Positions 39,430-53,615 of a DNA stretch of 64,000 bases are shown one piece after another. Made by a program: the position numbers and the translations under genes. This DNA is from Octopus sinensis (Eukaryota), in the NCBI RefSeq assembly GCF_006345805.1, contig NC_043004.1, positions 80,104,001 to 80,168,000 on the forward strand, given 5' to 3'. Each line of letters begins with the position of its first letter. Within the stretch, counting starts at the first letter, position 1. Below the pieces are notes generated by a model that made no database searches, was not told the origin of the DNA, and was given only the letters and a program-made list of their open reading frames with translations.

Positions 39430-39803
39430 GCTCTTTTGCTCTTTTAATTGTTTCAGCCATTGAACTGTGGCCAGGCTGGAGTACTGATTTGTAGGGTAAA
39501 CTGAACAAACTGATTTCCTTACTTGATTTAAGTGCAGTGTCTGGTTCTATGTTACGTAGACGCTAAACATAAACACCGGTTTGCCAAAGGGTGGTAGGTG
39601 GGTCAAACACAAAGACACATGCATCCACACAAACACACACATACACACACATACACGCACACACGCACATATAGGCGCATGCGTGGCTGTGTGGTAAGTG
39701 CCTTCTTTCATAACCTAGGGTCGACCAAAGCCTTGTGAGTGGATTTGGTAGAAGGTAACTGAAAGAAGCTGTCATATATACACACATACATACATATATA
39801 TAC

Positions 39804-39852
<49 letters not shown>

Positions 39853-40102
39853 ATATATACACACATATATATATATATATTTGCACGCGCGCGTGTTTTT
39901 GACCCCCTCCACTGTTTGACAACAGGCGCTTATGTTTTTACGTCCTCGTAACTTAGTGGTTCGGCAAAAAAGAACGATAGAAAAAGTACCAGGCTTAACA
40001 AAAAAAGTAAATACTGAGATCTCTTCGTTCGACTAAAGTTCCCCCAAGGTAGTACCCCAGCATGGCCGCAGTCAAATGACTGAAACAAGTAAGAAATAGA
40101 AG

Positions 40103-40138
<36 letters not shown>

Positions 40139-40320
40139 CACACACACACGACGAACCACCAACACACATTTTCTGTCTACTAAGCTTATTCACAAGGCAC
40201 TGGTCAGCCCAGGGTTATGGAAGAAGACACTTACCAAAGCTCCTGAGCGGTGGAACTGAACCTGAAGCCAAGGGGTTGAGTACCCAACTTCTTAACCACT
40301 GAACCACAAAGCTATGCCTA
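39430..40320. mobile_element. SINE family 3 cluster (- tail 39430-39660, + copy 39674-40100, - head 40150-40320)
   Basis: Head GGCGCATGCGTGGCTGTGTGGTAAG, internal microsatellite, tail CCAGCATGGCCGCAGTCAAATGACTGAAACAAG. Confidence 0.75.
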
Positions 40321-40337
40321 CGCTTACAAGAACTTCT

Positions 40338-40371
<34 letters not shown>

Positions 40372-40401
40372 TAGACAGAAAATATGTGTTGGTGGTTCGT
40401 C

Positions 40402-40447
<46 letters not shown>

Positions 40448-40711
40448 CTCGTCTGGGCTATGAAAGGTGTTTGTATATTTTTGTTGGTCGAAATCATTCA
40501 TACCAATATGTAATTCCTGACGAAGAATCTAATTTTTATTTCAAGAAGAGTATTTTGCTTTTGTCTTTGGAATTGATTCGACTCCAAAACAATTTGTAGA
40601 ATTTCGATTGGATCTGTACCAACCTGGATTATGAATTAAAGATCGTCTGCAACTACATTTTTTTCTTCCTTTCCTTATACTTCATACATATGTGTGTATG
40701 TGTGTGTGTGT

Positions 40712-40767
<56 letters not shown>

Positions 40768-40769
<2 letters not shown>

Positions 40770-41120
40770 GGCTATTTGCCAGCGTAATGTGGCTGTCCCG
40801 GAAGGGACGATTCTTACTATTATTTAACCCCAGGAAACAACATTTCCAGGTGGCTATACGGCACAATATCTGTGCCCTTATATTTTCGAACAGGGAGTCC
40901 AGCACTCCCATCCAGCACAAAGCAACATCTGCGGGCCTGTTTCTCGATTATTATCCTTTATGTTGCTTTGTGCAGGTTGGGAGTGCTCGACTCCCCGTTC
41001 GAAAATATAAAGACACAGATATTGCGTCGTATATCTAGCTAGAAACGTTCTTTCCTTGGGCTAAGCAGCAGTAACAATGGTCCCTTTCAGGACAGCCAGA
41101 TTATGTCGGCAAATAGCCTT
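40768..41120. mobile_element. 353-bp fold-back element
   Basis: 161-bp inverted arms (40768-40928 / 40960-41120), roughly 80% identical by eye, 31-nt loop, TA on both sides. Confidence 0.85.
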
Positions 41121-42020
41121 TACTTCAAAGAACTGTTACTGAATGTCTCTCATTGAGAGATTTAGAAATAATAATGTTTATATATATGCATATGCATGTG
41201 TGCATACATAATATTAATTTTGTGTGTATGTGTTAGTGCATGTGTATCTATCTTTGTAGCGAAATATACTTTTTATATAAAACACTCTGATTCGGCACAT
41301 AACATTTGGTAATCGAATAAAAGACCTGGCAACACACAAGGGTATGTTTTTAAAAATATCTAAATAGGCTCAAGAAGAAATTTTGCGTTTTAAAGGGTTA
41401 TTTTTGCATGTTTTAGAAAGCGAAAGAATTGCTAGCCATCAACGTAAATAATAAAGAATGAAGAATACAGAAAAACGGTGAATTGAGGTGGCTGGAATAA
41501 TAAAATCAAGGAAAGGGTTAAGTAAAAATGGGAGGCGAAAAAACGAATAAAAATGGTAAGCAGAGAGATCTTAGGGCAATTGAATCTCTTAAAAACAGGA
41601 TGGAAAGAAATACGGAAAAAAATAAAACCACTGCTACAATTAAGATTGTGAGAGGCTGTACGAAAATGAAAGCAAAGAATGGCAAATGCGAAAGTACTGG
41701 GAATAAAAGAATTAATGATAGCGCGAACAATGGAAGAGCGAGAGAGAAAAACGTGGAAAAGAAAAATAGAGTCTGATGTAGTTTAAGGGAAAGAGAGAGA
41801 GAGAGGTGAGTGTTTTAGAGAGAGAGAGAGGGAAAGAGAAAGAGAGAGGGGGTCAAGTGTGAAAATAATAGAAAGAAAGAAGTAGAATATAACAGAACGA
41901 AGAAGGTCGATGCCAACATTAATATATGTGTGTGTGTACGCCAATGTATGTATATGTATATACATGGAGAATATATTTGCACATGTGTGTGTGCAAATAA
42001 CATACATATATATATATATG

Positions 42021-42087
<67 letters not shown>

Positions 42088-42292
42088 TATATATATATAT
42101 TTCTGTAATATATATGTATATATGTATGTTGTGATGTATATAAACTTTAAAGAGACTTTTTTATTTATTTTCCTGAGCGCCATACTAATACAATTGTTCG
42201 TTGTTTTTCCACCTGCCTTCGTTCTTTGTTTATTTTCATAAAGCTTCCCGTTATATGTATATGGTATATAATATATACACAGATAGATAGAT

Positions 42293-42359
<67 letters not shown>

Positions 42360-42407
42360 TAATGGTAGGGTGATTTTGGCAAAAAATGGTGGTTGGTAGA
42401 TTTGAAC

Positions 42408-42457
<50 letters not shown>

Positions 42458-42469
42458 GTACAGGTCAAA

Positions 42470-43530
42470 GTACAAAGTACGCATGGCCAAAAGAACCTTC
42501 TATAGACATAACAAGACCTTCAAAGAAAATGCGAAAAAGTTCTACTGAGAACTGGAAGAAAAGAAAATATATGTAAGCCAACCACCGACCATTGAAGAAC
42601 TGGAAAACTTTTGGAGTAACGTCTGGAAGATGTGCAAAATCTATAATGAGGAGACAAAATGGATCCAGGAAGAACAAGAGCTTAATATGAGTGGTGAATC
42701 CCAAGTTCGGACTGATATAACATTTGAAGAAATTACGAATCAATAAAGCAAACAAATGGAAAACGGTGAGATGCGATGGAATTGCCAAATTTTGGATTAA
42801 AAATCTTGGTAGTACTCATAAAGACCTAGTATTCTTTTATACTCTAGGCACAAGGCCCGAAATTTTGGGGGAGGGAGCTAGTCGATTAGATCGACCCCAG
42901 TATGCAACTGGTACTTAATTTATCGACCTTGAAAGGATGAAAAGCAAAGTCGACCTCAGCGGAATTTGAACTCAGAACGTAAAAACAGACAAAATACCGC
43001 TAAGCCTTTTGTCCAGCGTGCTAATGTTTCTGCCAGCGCACCGCCTTTCATAAAGATTGAGTATTGGCACAGGACAACATCCTGAAAGACCTTGATTCAT
43101 GCTCCAAATGGTTTACGGAAGGAATATCATTCCTCCCCTAAAGACAGCGGAGAATGCAATTCCCATGTATTACAGGTCTATCACTTGCCTTCCCACCATT
43201 TTCAAAATCTTCACGTCTGTTATCTCAGAGAGCACTTGCACATTCCTCGAAAGACAGAAAGCAACAACTTGCTACCAAAAGAAGGAAAACGGTTCCGAAA
43301 AAGAAGCTCTGGCTATATGGATCAGCTGCTAATCAACAAAGCCAGCTTGGAAGAAGTGAAGCGAAGAACATGGGAAGACTATAAGAAAGCTTTTTACAGT
43401 TTCCCCCATACTTGGATTGCAAAGGGCTTCGAAATTCATAAAATCGCTCCAACCATCACCAACTTCATCAAAACCAACATGAAAGCACGGAAGTCATGCA
43501 AAAAGAACACTGACATCAAAAGCCATAAAT
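42470..43530 (+). pseudogene. R4/Dong LINE RT fragment interrupted by an OR SINE (~42843-43050, -)
   Basis: LENFWSNVW, DGIAKFWIKNL, YRSITCLPTIFKIFT, DQLLINKA, DYKKAFYSFPHTWI; preceded by (AAT)n. Confidence 0.85.
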
Positions 43531-43554
43531 AATACAAGTGGAATATTTCTATAA

Positions 43555-43990
43555 TAATAATCCTTGCTACTATAAACACACAAGGCATGAAATTTTGGGG
43601 GAGGGAACCAGTCGATTAGATCGACCCCAGTATGCAACTGGTACTTAATTTATCGACTCTCCCAAAGGATAAAAGGCAAAGTCGACCACGGCGGAATTTG
43701 AACTCAGAACGTTAAGAGGGACAAAGTACCGCTAAGCATTTCGCCCGGCGTGCTAACGTTTCTGCCAGCTCGCTGCTTTTAATAATAATAATAATCCTTT
43801 CTCTTATAGGCACAAATTTTGGGGGAGAGAGTCAGTCGATTGATTAGACCCTAGTACTCAGCTGGTACTTGTTGAATCGACCCTGAAAAGATGAAATGCA
43901 AAGTCAACCTCGGCGGCATTTGAACTCAGAAAGTATACAGCCAGAGGAAATCCCGCTGAGCATTTTGTCCGCTGCACTTGGCACTAACTG
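43555..43990 (-). mobile_element. Two OR-type SINEs in tandem
   Basis: Reverse head + core sequences. Confidence 0.85.
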
Positions 43991-44237
43991 CGTAAGGAAT
44001 ATGACGACGAAAACGTCCTCATTTTGCGAAGAGAATATAGAGGGAAAAAGTAGACCAAAGATGTGCGCGTGTGTGTGAGAGAGAGAATGAGAGAGGGAAA
44101 AGGAGGGGGAAGAAAGGGGAGGAGAAGAGAGGGAGAGGGAAAGAAAAAAGAGCATAGAAACAAAGACATTCAGAATAAAGGCGATAGTAATTAGGAATGA
44201 ATAATTGAAACATGACTTCAATATTAGGATGATGTTA

Positions 44238-44282
44238 TCGGCTTTCGTACATTCAGATTCACAACGAAGTTAGATGTATTAC

Positions 44283-44316
<34 letters not shown>

Positions 44317-44601
44317 AGTATGTATGTATGTATATGGATAGATAGATAGATAGATAGATAGATATAGATATATAAATGTATGTATGCATGTATGCATGTA
44401 TGTATATATGTATACATACATATATATATATATATATATATCTATGCATATTACATATATGCATATATGTATATATGTATATATACATATATATATATAT
44501 ACATATATAAATATATATAAATATGTATGTTTGCGTATGTATATATATGTATGTATATATGTATATAATGTATATATACATAATCTATATATTAGATACA
44601 T

Positions 44602-44639
<38 letters not shown>

Positions 44640-44669
44640 CTATATATTATATATATATATATATTATAT

Positions 44670-44726
<57 letters not shown>

Positions 44727-44993
44727 TTATCTGCCTGTATATGTGCATAAATATATGCGCGTAATATCTGCATATATTACATTTATATGTATTTACATAC
44801 AGATAGATATAAATACATGTGTGTTCCTATATAGATACATATATATCTATATGTATATATATACACACATACACACACGCACACACACATGCACACACAC
44901 AGACGAACACAGACACATACATGTATGTGTTAATATATGTATGGATATTAAATACATCTAACGTTGTTGAGAATCTGAATTTACTAAAGCCCA
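44238..44993. mobile_element. TIR element whose interior is almost entirely microsatellite
   Basis: 43-bp inverted repeats 44238-44280 / 44951-44993 (37/43 match). Confidence 0.6.
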
Positions 44994-45174
44994 TAGAATA
45001 GTCTATATACATATATATATACTATATATATATATATCTATATATATATACATGTATGTATGTATGTATGTCTGTATATTATATGATAAATTCACGCGCT
45101 CTTGTGTCTGAGTGTGCGTGCGTGTAAATACACGCATTCCACACACACACACACACACCACATACACACACACA

Positions 45175-45221
<47 letters not shown>

Positions 45222-45451
45222 ACACACACACATACACACACAACAACACACCACACACACGTGTATAGAAAAACATCAAATGTCAGCCTGGTAATATGTA
45301 ATTATACATAAAAAATTGGCTTAAACCAAATGACATTGAACATATAGATATATGCCATGTATCTAGATATGTATGTGTATGCGCTAGTGCTTGTGTGTGT
45401 ATGTGTTTGTGTGTAAATATATATATATATATATTATATATATTATATATA

Positions 45452-45484
<33 letters not shown>

Positions 45485-46015
45485 ACATACATATACATTC
45501 ATATATATGCATACATACATACATACATAAATACACACACATGTAATTACGATATACGAATGTGTTTATGTTTGAATGTATGTATGTAAATATCTCTTTA
45601 TCTATCTGTCTGTTTACCCACCCACCCGCCCATACCACACACATAACGCACGCACACACACACACAATACTCATATATTTATATATATATATATATATAT
45701 TCACACACGCATATATTCTTATAGATTTATACACAGAAACACATATTCATAAATACACGTAACTCGATGTAAATCATTTTTTAAACCTAATTATGCCTTA
45801 TCGATCTGTTATCTGGCATTTTTTATGTTTCATTGACCCCTTCGCTAAAATCTCGTACAAAGAAATATTTCCATCTTATCTACGAAATTTTTACTCATCT
45901 CACCAATAATATGCATATATACATACAAATATACATACATGCATACATAGGTAATTGGCGTATATATATATATTAGGAGTAGTTTCTTCTTTCCCAGCAC
46001 CACATCCAATATCTG

Positions 46016-46085
<70 letters not shown>

Positions 46086-46138
46086 CACATATCTATCTAT
46101 CTATCTATATATCTATCTATCTCACTCTCTGTCTCTCT

Positions 46139-46192
<54 letters not shown>

Positions 46193-46884
46193 ATATTATA
46201 CGGTGCATGAGCATGACCGCAGCTCTGAACTGAAACTTTAATATATATATATATATAAGTATGTATATATGTATAAGCATGTATGTATGTGTGTGTATAT
46301 ATATATATATATATTATTTTATATTATGTGTGTTTGTGTGTATAAATATATATTTATATGTATAAGCATGTATGTATGTGTGTGTATATATATATATATA
46401 TATTTATATGTGTGTTTGTGTGCGCGTATGTGTGTAAGTGAGTGTGTGCTTGCATGTTTCTGTGTCTCTGTGCGTGTGTGTGCGCGCGCGCGTTTGTGTG
46501 TATACAGAGATAGATAAACACGTAAGTAGAGAGAGAGAGAGAGAGGTGGGGCAAAAGAGAGAGAGAGTGTGAGATTAACCTTTAAAAAAATACATGCTCG
46601 AGCGGAGCGGAAAAAAAAAATTACCTGAAAAGTACGTGAGAGAAATCATATATTTATATTAAATATTTGATGAAAGAAATACTTTCTTGTTTCATTAAAT
46701 ACATGATGGGAAAAGAAGAAAAAAAACATATTTCACGTTAGGTACATGAAAGTGGAAAACATATATTAGACATTAAACACGCTATGTATAAAATTGAAAG
46801 GAAAGAAACTGCCCAGGAAACAAGGGACAAGTAGACATTTACAAAGTTTCTATAGACAGCAAACTCAATATACATACGTGTATA

Positions 46885-47110
46885 CATACATATATTATGG
46901 CTGCCCCCCTCGTTATCGAGTATGGCCATGGCACGAAGCTTAACTGTTACTGGTGCTGTGATCGAATGTGACTTTTTAGCCCAGCCAAAGATCTACAATG
47001 TCTTGTACAGAATTGGCAACTAAACCCTTTACTGGTAATAACCGGCTGCAGTTGTAACTGGGCTTCATGTACCTTTGCATGTCGTTTAAGTCCTCCTGCC
47101 GAATTACACT
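46885..47110 (-). mobile_element. RTE-type LINE 3' end with two C2H2-like knuckles
   Basis: ECNSAGGLKRHAKVH and CQFCTRHCRSLAGLKSHIRSQH* plus short 3' UTR. Confidence 0.7.
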
Positions 47111-47181
47111 CTCTTACATACATACATATATAGATACATACATACCTACATACATGTGTGTGTGTGTGTGTGGTGTGTGTG

Positions 47182-47225
<44 letters not shown>

Positions 47226-47524
47226 TGTGTGTGTGTGTGTGTGTTTATTCCAGGCTGTGACAAGTTCAATAAAAACTAAGTCCAGCAACTTAGAATAAGA
47301 CACTCAAAGAGTAGCGTTTGAGAATGATTAAAGTATAAAGTATTTAATCCATAATCGTTAGTCCGACAAAGTATATTTTCTGAGGCTAACGATTATGATT
47401 TTATGCATACTTACAAAAGCGTCTATATTGCTACAAATTAGAGTTTAAAACTTTTGGTATTTTAAGAAGAGTACAATATATATACACTGACCCCCCCCCC
47501 CATGACCACCTCGAGAAACACTAG

Positions 47525-47566
47525 ACTAGGCCTAGTTTCGCCTATGCTGTAGGCATTGTCAGTAGT
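47525..47566 (-). ncRNA. Degenerate hammerhead
   Basis: ACTA-CTGACAA-T-GCCTA-cagca-TAGGC-GAAAC-tag-GCC-TAGT; two core substitutions. Confidence 0.55.
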
Positions 47567-47650
47567 AACTACAAAAACGGTCAAGAGCTTGGCTAATTCT
47601 GTCCGCCATTATAAATATTTTTATCATAAATAATAGCTGATTTAGCGAAG

Positions 47651-47713
<63 letters not shown>

Positions 47714-47714
47714 G

Positions 47715-47749
<35 letters not shown>

Positions 47750-47918
47750 CACGAAAGAATAGATAAACAGTTACCAGGGCAGCAAAATATCACACGAGTA
47801 ATATGGACGTAACACCCTGTTTGTAAAGGTAACAACTTCGGGTTGATGTGAAATATTTTGTATAATATATATAAATAAATAATTGGAGTTAAACGCATGT
47901 TTTATTCAAATTCTTTTG

Positions 47919-48005
47919 CTTCCGACACATGTTTCAGAGACAACATTGGTATTATTCCAAAGGAATAAAATGGTGTAAAACAATGTAATCTTCTCTTTAG
48001 GAAAA
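47919..48005 (-). ncRNA. Hammerhead remnant (G5A) in pLTR of adjacent PLE
   Basis: TTTTC-CTAAAGA-long stem II-GAAAC-atgt-GTC-GGAAG. Confidence 0.6.
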
Positions 48006-48299
48006 GAAAGAAATAAACCAAACTTATCAATAAGACATTTTAACAGAATATGATGGATGTGTATAATGATGAACTGAACGTTATTAAGTTTAAAAAAAAA
48101 CCGTTAGAGGATATATATAAAAAACCGTTAGAGGTAGCCTATAGAAAGAGGAGGGGTAAAGGAAAGAAATAAGCAGAAAACTAATAAATGAGAAATATAG
48201 AGTGATATGTGAATTAAATAAAAGCTTAAAGGCTTGGAAAATGATATATCAAGTGGAAGTGAAATGTAAGGAGAAAATCAATGTTCAAATTATATATAA

Positions 48300-49235
48300 T
48301 GGTAGATATCACTTATATGAACTAAATGTATGTTTCTGCCAATGTTTACATCGATAAGCACGCTCTATAACCGTGTTTACAAGAGGATTCTTAGAAAAAA
48401 GAATAAAAATAGCTCAGTAATACAGAGTTGGTTGAATTCTTTGCCTTTATCATATGGGAATGAAATGGAGAGAATCAACCAATCTAAATTAAGTTGTTTA
48501 TTGTGGTATTTTAGATACCAAATTAATTTACTAAGCCCTGTACTGTTGCGTTTATTACTGTCCCTAAATATGGAGTAAGGCATAGAAATTCTTTTAGATA
48601 ACTGAGAAAGAGAACTACCTATACAAAAAAAGACATCGGTACCCAAAGTAATTTTACACTGGTATATAAAGTTTTTAATCTTAGAATTACTAGACATAAA
48701 CTTAATTCTGTTAGAATTGACTTCAGGGGCAATAACATTGTTATTAATATTTCTAGGGGGATGGTTGGTATTAGCTAAATTAATATTAATATTAATAACG
48801 GTATACTTATTTAACAGACTAATGATATAATATGAGAAGATAATTTGTGAGAAATTTTTTGTGTTGGAAAAAACAATCCTAACCGTGTGCGAGTTGATAA
48901 TAGAGTAATACCTAGAATTCTTTGGAAAATTCCTATACAGATAAAGTTACCTACATTAATTCCATTCAATCTTATTCTACCTTTAGTAATAAAGACATGA
49001 AATCTAGTTGTAAGTATATAAATGATATCAATTTTAATTTATACACCAACACCAAACAGAGGAAGGGAGATAACCGTTGTTTAAACCCCTTTTTTCATTC
49101 TAAAGGTAAATTGGTGTCTTTTAAAGATAGTTACACTAAAAATAAGGCAACTAATAGCAAAATTATTTGGTTGATTATTCCTTATGGGAGGCAAATTAAA
49201 TCTAATCTTCCTTTCCAGTTTCGGGAACCTATTAT
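48300..49235 (-). pseudogene. PLE 3' half (linker + GIY-YIG endonuclease), decayed
   Basis: RYYSIINSHTVRIVFSN; FIYQCKIT..FCIGSS..LSKRIS..FRDSNKRNSTGLSKLIWYLK..DWLIL..PYDKG..QLCITE. Confidence 0.8.
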
Positions 49236-49669
49236 TAGGAATTTATGTGTGTGTGTGTGTGTGTGTGAGAGAGTGTCTGTGTGTGTGTGTGTGTGCGTGT
49301 GTGTGTTTGTGCGTGTGTGTATGTGTGTATGAATGTATGTATGCATGCGTGTGTATGCGTGTGCTTTTAATGAATGCATAAGCTGGAGAAACTGTCTCTT
49401 CAAATGTCTAGTTGATCATATGGACCTCGATATGTATTTCTGTTTATTACTTATCTGCTGCTTTGCACATTTTGTTTGTCGAACTGCTAAGTTACTGAAT
49501 ATAGAGTAATGCAAATATAATCAACGCTGTTTTCTTAGACCTTAATCATATTCATACACATACATGTATACGTACATACATTCATTCTTACATGCATCCA
49601 TCCATCCATACATGCATATACATACATCCATGCACACATATAAGGTGGCCCAAAAGTAGGTTTACAGTT

Positions 49670-49900
49670 ATTCATGATTGTAAGATTGTGGTTTCAGTCC
49701 CTGGACCAAGTGATGCATTGTGTTCTTGAGCAAGACACACCATTGCAATTAGCTGCAGTCCACTCAAGTGGCAAAATTGAGCAACCCTGCGAGGGACTGG
49801 CGTCCCATCCAGTTGGTGAATGTATACGCCATGGAAACCGGGAAAGCGGGAAACCGGCTTGTTATGAGTCTGGCATGGCTCAAGAAGGAAACCTTTTACA
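49670..49900 (+). mobile_element. tRNA-derived SINE fragment
   Basis: GTGTTCTTGAGCAAGACAC core-like segment; head truncated. Confidence 0.55.
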
Positions 49901-50864
49901 TACACGTGTGCTTTTCTGCTCGATGATTTCCAGGACAAATTTCACCCGCAATCTGACCCCTTTGAGGTCACAGCAAAAGTTGTTTTACCAAGTAGCAGTG
50001 TACTGGGATCGAACTGGAAACCGCGTGATTATGAAGTGAACCCCTTAAACATTTCAACCATGAATGTACATATGTGATTTTGTGTTGTAGTAGCGGTTGT
50101 AGAATGTGGCTGTGGCGGCGGCGGCGGCGGTGGTGGTGGTGGTGATGGTAGTCGTGCTTGTAGTAGTGGCGGTGGTAGTATTAGTAATAGTAGTATCAGT
50201 TATAGTTGCAGTAGTGGTAGGAGCGTGGTAGTGGTGGCGGTGGTCGTCATCTTCGTGCTTGTAGTAGTGGTGGTGGTGGTGGTGGTGGAGGAAGCAGCAT
50301 TGATATAAATGGTTGTTGTAGTAGGGGTGGTCGTGGTAGAAGTAGTAGTAGTATAAGTAGTAGTAGTAGTAGTATTAGTAGTAGTAGTAGTAGTAGTAGT
50401 GTAGTAGTAGTAGTAGTGTAGTAGTAGTATAGTAGTAGTAGTAGTAGTAGTAATAGTAGTAGTAGTAGTAGTAGTAGGGGGAGGAAGAGGAGGAGGAGGA
50501 GGGGAGGTAGCAGCAGCAGCACCAGTAGCAGATAAACAGACATGAAGTAAGTAAGCTAAAAGATGCTCAGTTCAGTGGGTGCTCTCAACAATATTTAATC
50601 ACTGTGATTGTAATGATTAAAGCACAATGATTAAATCACTGTGATTAAGGTAGGATATTTATTTGTTTAATGATTATCCCTTGGGGCACTGGAGTTCCAT
50701 TCTCCCCGATTCTTTAATTCACATAAAGCATATATATATATATATATATATAAACACACACACACGATGTACATTTATTTATGTATGTATTTTATATATG
50801 AATATATATATACATTATGTGTGTATATGGGTATGTATACATATATATATATACATACATACAT

Positions 50865-50900
<36 letters not shown>

Positions 50901-51165
50901 GCATACATACATATACATATATATATTATACTATATATACGTATATATATATGTGTGTATGTGTGTGTTAATTAGTGTTATATAAGTATGATGTTGACAG
51001 TGACTTCGAAGTTTCAGCCAGCTAAGCCTGCTTCGAAGTTACTGTCAGCAACATTCTCGTATGAGAAAAATAAATTTGTATTCTACAAAAGTATGGAATA
51101 ACCCATCAGATTAAAGTAACATTTAAAAAAAAATTCCAACTGAACATAAAAGAATCATTAATTTA

Positions 51166-52919
51166 TCAGGCTGAGTAGAAAGCAAACAACGTTTTGAAAC
51201 ATGAAATACATCAAAATATATTTCAACAATGCAGAAATTTCATTCATCAAAGTACTCGTCGCACTCCATCGGTTACCACGACGAGCGTTCCTGTTGATCC
51301 GATCAACGGAAAAACCTGCTCGTGAAATTAACATGCAAGTGGCTGAGCACTCCACAGACAAATGTACCATTAACGTAGTTCTCGGGGAGATTCAGCGTGA
51401 CACAGAGTGGTATAAGGCTGGCCCTTTGAAATACAGGTACAACAGAAACAGGAAGAACGAGTGAGAGAAAGTTGTGGTGAGACAGTACAGCAGCGTTCGC
51501 CACTCCCTCTGCCGGAGCCTCGTGGAGCTTTAGGTGTTTTCGCTCAATAAACACTCACAACGCCCGCTCTGGGAATCGAAACCACGATCCTCCGACCGCG
51601 AGTCCGCTGCCCAAACCACTGGGCCATTGAGCCTCTACTCACTAAAGTAAGTACCATTACATTCAACACATTTTCGTTTATTCTGGTAACATAAAAATCT
51701 GGAGTTCTGGAGCTGATGAACTCTTCGAACGCACTTTCAGCATCGATTTGATTTTTTAACTCCTTCTCTTACATGAAATCATCAAGGTGCTTGAAAAAGT
51801 CGGTATGTGAAAGGTCTGGGGAATAAGCTGGGTGGGGAAGAACTTCATAGCCAAGTTCCTTCAACTTTTGGAACGTCATTAGTGAAACGTGTGGTCGAGC
51901 ATTATCATGACGAATGACTGGCCCTCTTCTGTTGACCAGTCTGGGACAGCTTCGAAGTTACTGTCAACAACATTCTCGTATTTGTACTCTACAAAAGTAT
52001 GGAGTAACCCATCAGATTAATGTAACATTTAAAAAGAAATTCCAACTGAACATAAAAGAATCATTAATTTATCAGGCTGCGTTCATTTTGGCAATTTCAT
52101 GACAATATGTTTCTGCAGTAATGGTTTTTCTGGGTTTTAAGAAGTTATAATGGATGAGCCCAGCAGTACACCACCAAACTGTCACAATAACTTTCTTTTT
52201 AAAGAGCTGGGGTTTAGAGAAGGTTTTTGGTGCTATATCTTGGCCCAACCACTGCGAAGCAGGGTTTTTTTTTATTGTACAGAATCCACTTTTCATCACA
52301 AGTTACAATACGGTCGAGAAATGGATCGGCCTGTCACGGAGAAGTAGCGACGAGCAAATTTCATATCTGCGCATTTTCTGATTTTCATTCAAATCGTGTG
52401 ATACCCATTTGTCGACCTTTTTTGATTTTACGATCACATGCAAATGGTTGCAGGCAGTTTTCTGGCTAACTTGAAGTTATTATGCCAGTTCTTGGGTGGT
52501 TTTACGTGGATCTTTCTCAATGACGGCCTTTAATTGATGATTGATGGGCGTCCACTACACTCACGATCTTCAAGGCTCGGGTCTCCACTGCGAAATCGTT
52601 TAAACAATTTTCGAGCTGACCACTCACTGGTCATTTCTTCACCAAACCTTTCGCTGATATTGCGAGCAGTTTCAGCTGCTTTACGCTCTTTTCTGAAGTT
52701 GAATAGCAAAATTGCTCGAATATCGTGCTTTGACAGTTTCATTTCGGATGATTGTAACAACGTTGAAAAAATATCACTGTTAATTCATTGATGCATTTGG
52801 GCAAGTCTGCGTCTGCAATTGCAAAAAAAAAAATGGTTTTAAATAAATTCAAAACTCTGCAAAAATCCGGTACAAATTCTTCATGGTTCAAAACGCTGCT
52901 TACTTTTTACACAAACTGA
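51166..52919 (-). mobile_element. Mariner (DD34D-type) transposon, decayed, with two insertions
   Basis: ~35-bp TIRs (about 28/35 match), TA at 51164-65 and 52920-21. HTH region (FKRFRSGDPSLED..GRP), KKVIVTVWW, HDNARPH, HPAYSPDL. Confidence 0.92.
51261..51635 (-). mobile_element. tRNA-derived SINE (family 4) inserted at the mariner stop codon
   Basis: A box TGGCCCAGTGG, B box GGTTTCGATTCCC; tail CTCGTCGTGGTAACCGATGGAGTGC. Confidence 0.85.
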
Positions 52920-53123
52920 TAAATATTACCACATAGCCATTCACAGGCGTGGTTGCGTGGTAAGAAGCTTGCTTCCAAATGAAATACAATAATGAATTGA
53001 AACAAAATTGCAATGACATGATCCGCTAGAAATCCTCTTTTTCTACATTCTATTAACATCAATCCTCAAAGCCAGTGTTTTTCAAACCAATTTTTACTCG
53101 TAGACAATTCAGTTCCTATTTAT

Positions 53124-53312
53124 TTGGATGGCCACAATGGCCCAGTGTTCATCAGCTCCAAAACTTCAGATTTCTATGTTACCAGAATAAACAAACTTGT
53201 AACTCATTGGCAAAAATGTTTTGATTGTAACGGTACGTTAATTTCACGAGCAGGCTGTTCTGCTGATCGTATCAACTGGAACGCTCGTCGTCGTAACCGA
53301 CGGAGTGCCACA
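53124..53312 (+). mobile_element. SINE family 4 / mariner chimera
   Basis: Short SINE-head piece + mariner C-terminus (FISSKTSDFYVTRINKLVTHWQKC) + SINE tail. Confidence 0.65.
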
Positions 53313-53429
53313 AATTGGATGGATCCTCGTAACCATTCGAGATTTTTATAATCCTATTGTTTTTTTTTTTAGAAATTGTATTTTTAAAAATAGTTGAAAT
53401 ATTTTTATTGTAGAAATATAACCAAGCTA

Positions 53430-53615
53430 TTCTTTTATTTGTTTCAGTCATTTGACTGCAGTCATACTGGAGCACCGCCCTTAGTCGAGCAAATCGACCC
53501 CAGGACTTATTCCTTGTTAGCCTAGTACTTATTCTATCGCTTTTTTTGCCGAACTCTAAGTTACGGGGACGTAAACACACGAACATCGGTTGCCAAGCAA
53601 TGGTGGTGGGACACA
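53430..53615 (-). mobile_element. SINE family 3 tail
   Basis: Homologous to 62945-63150 and 39880-40100. Confidence 0.85.
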
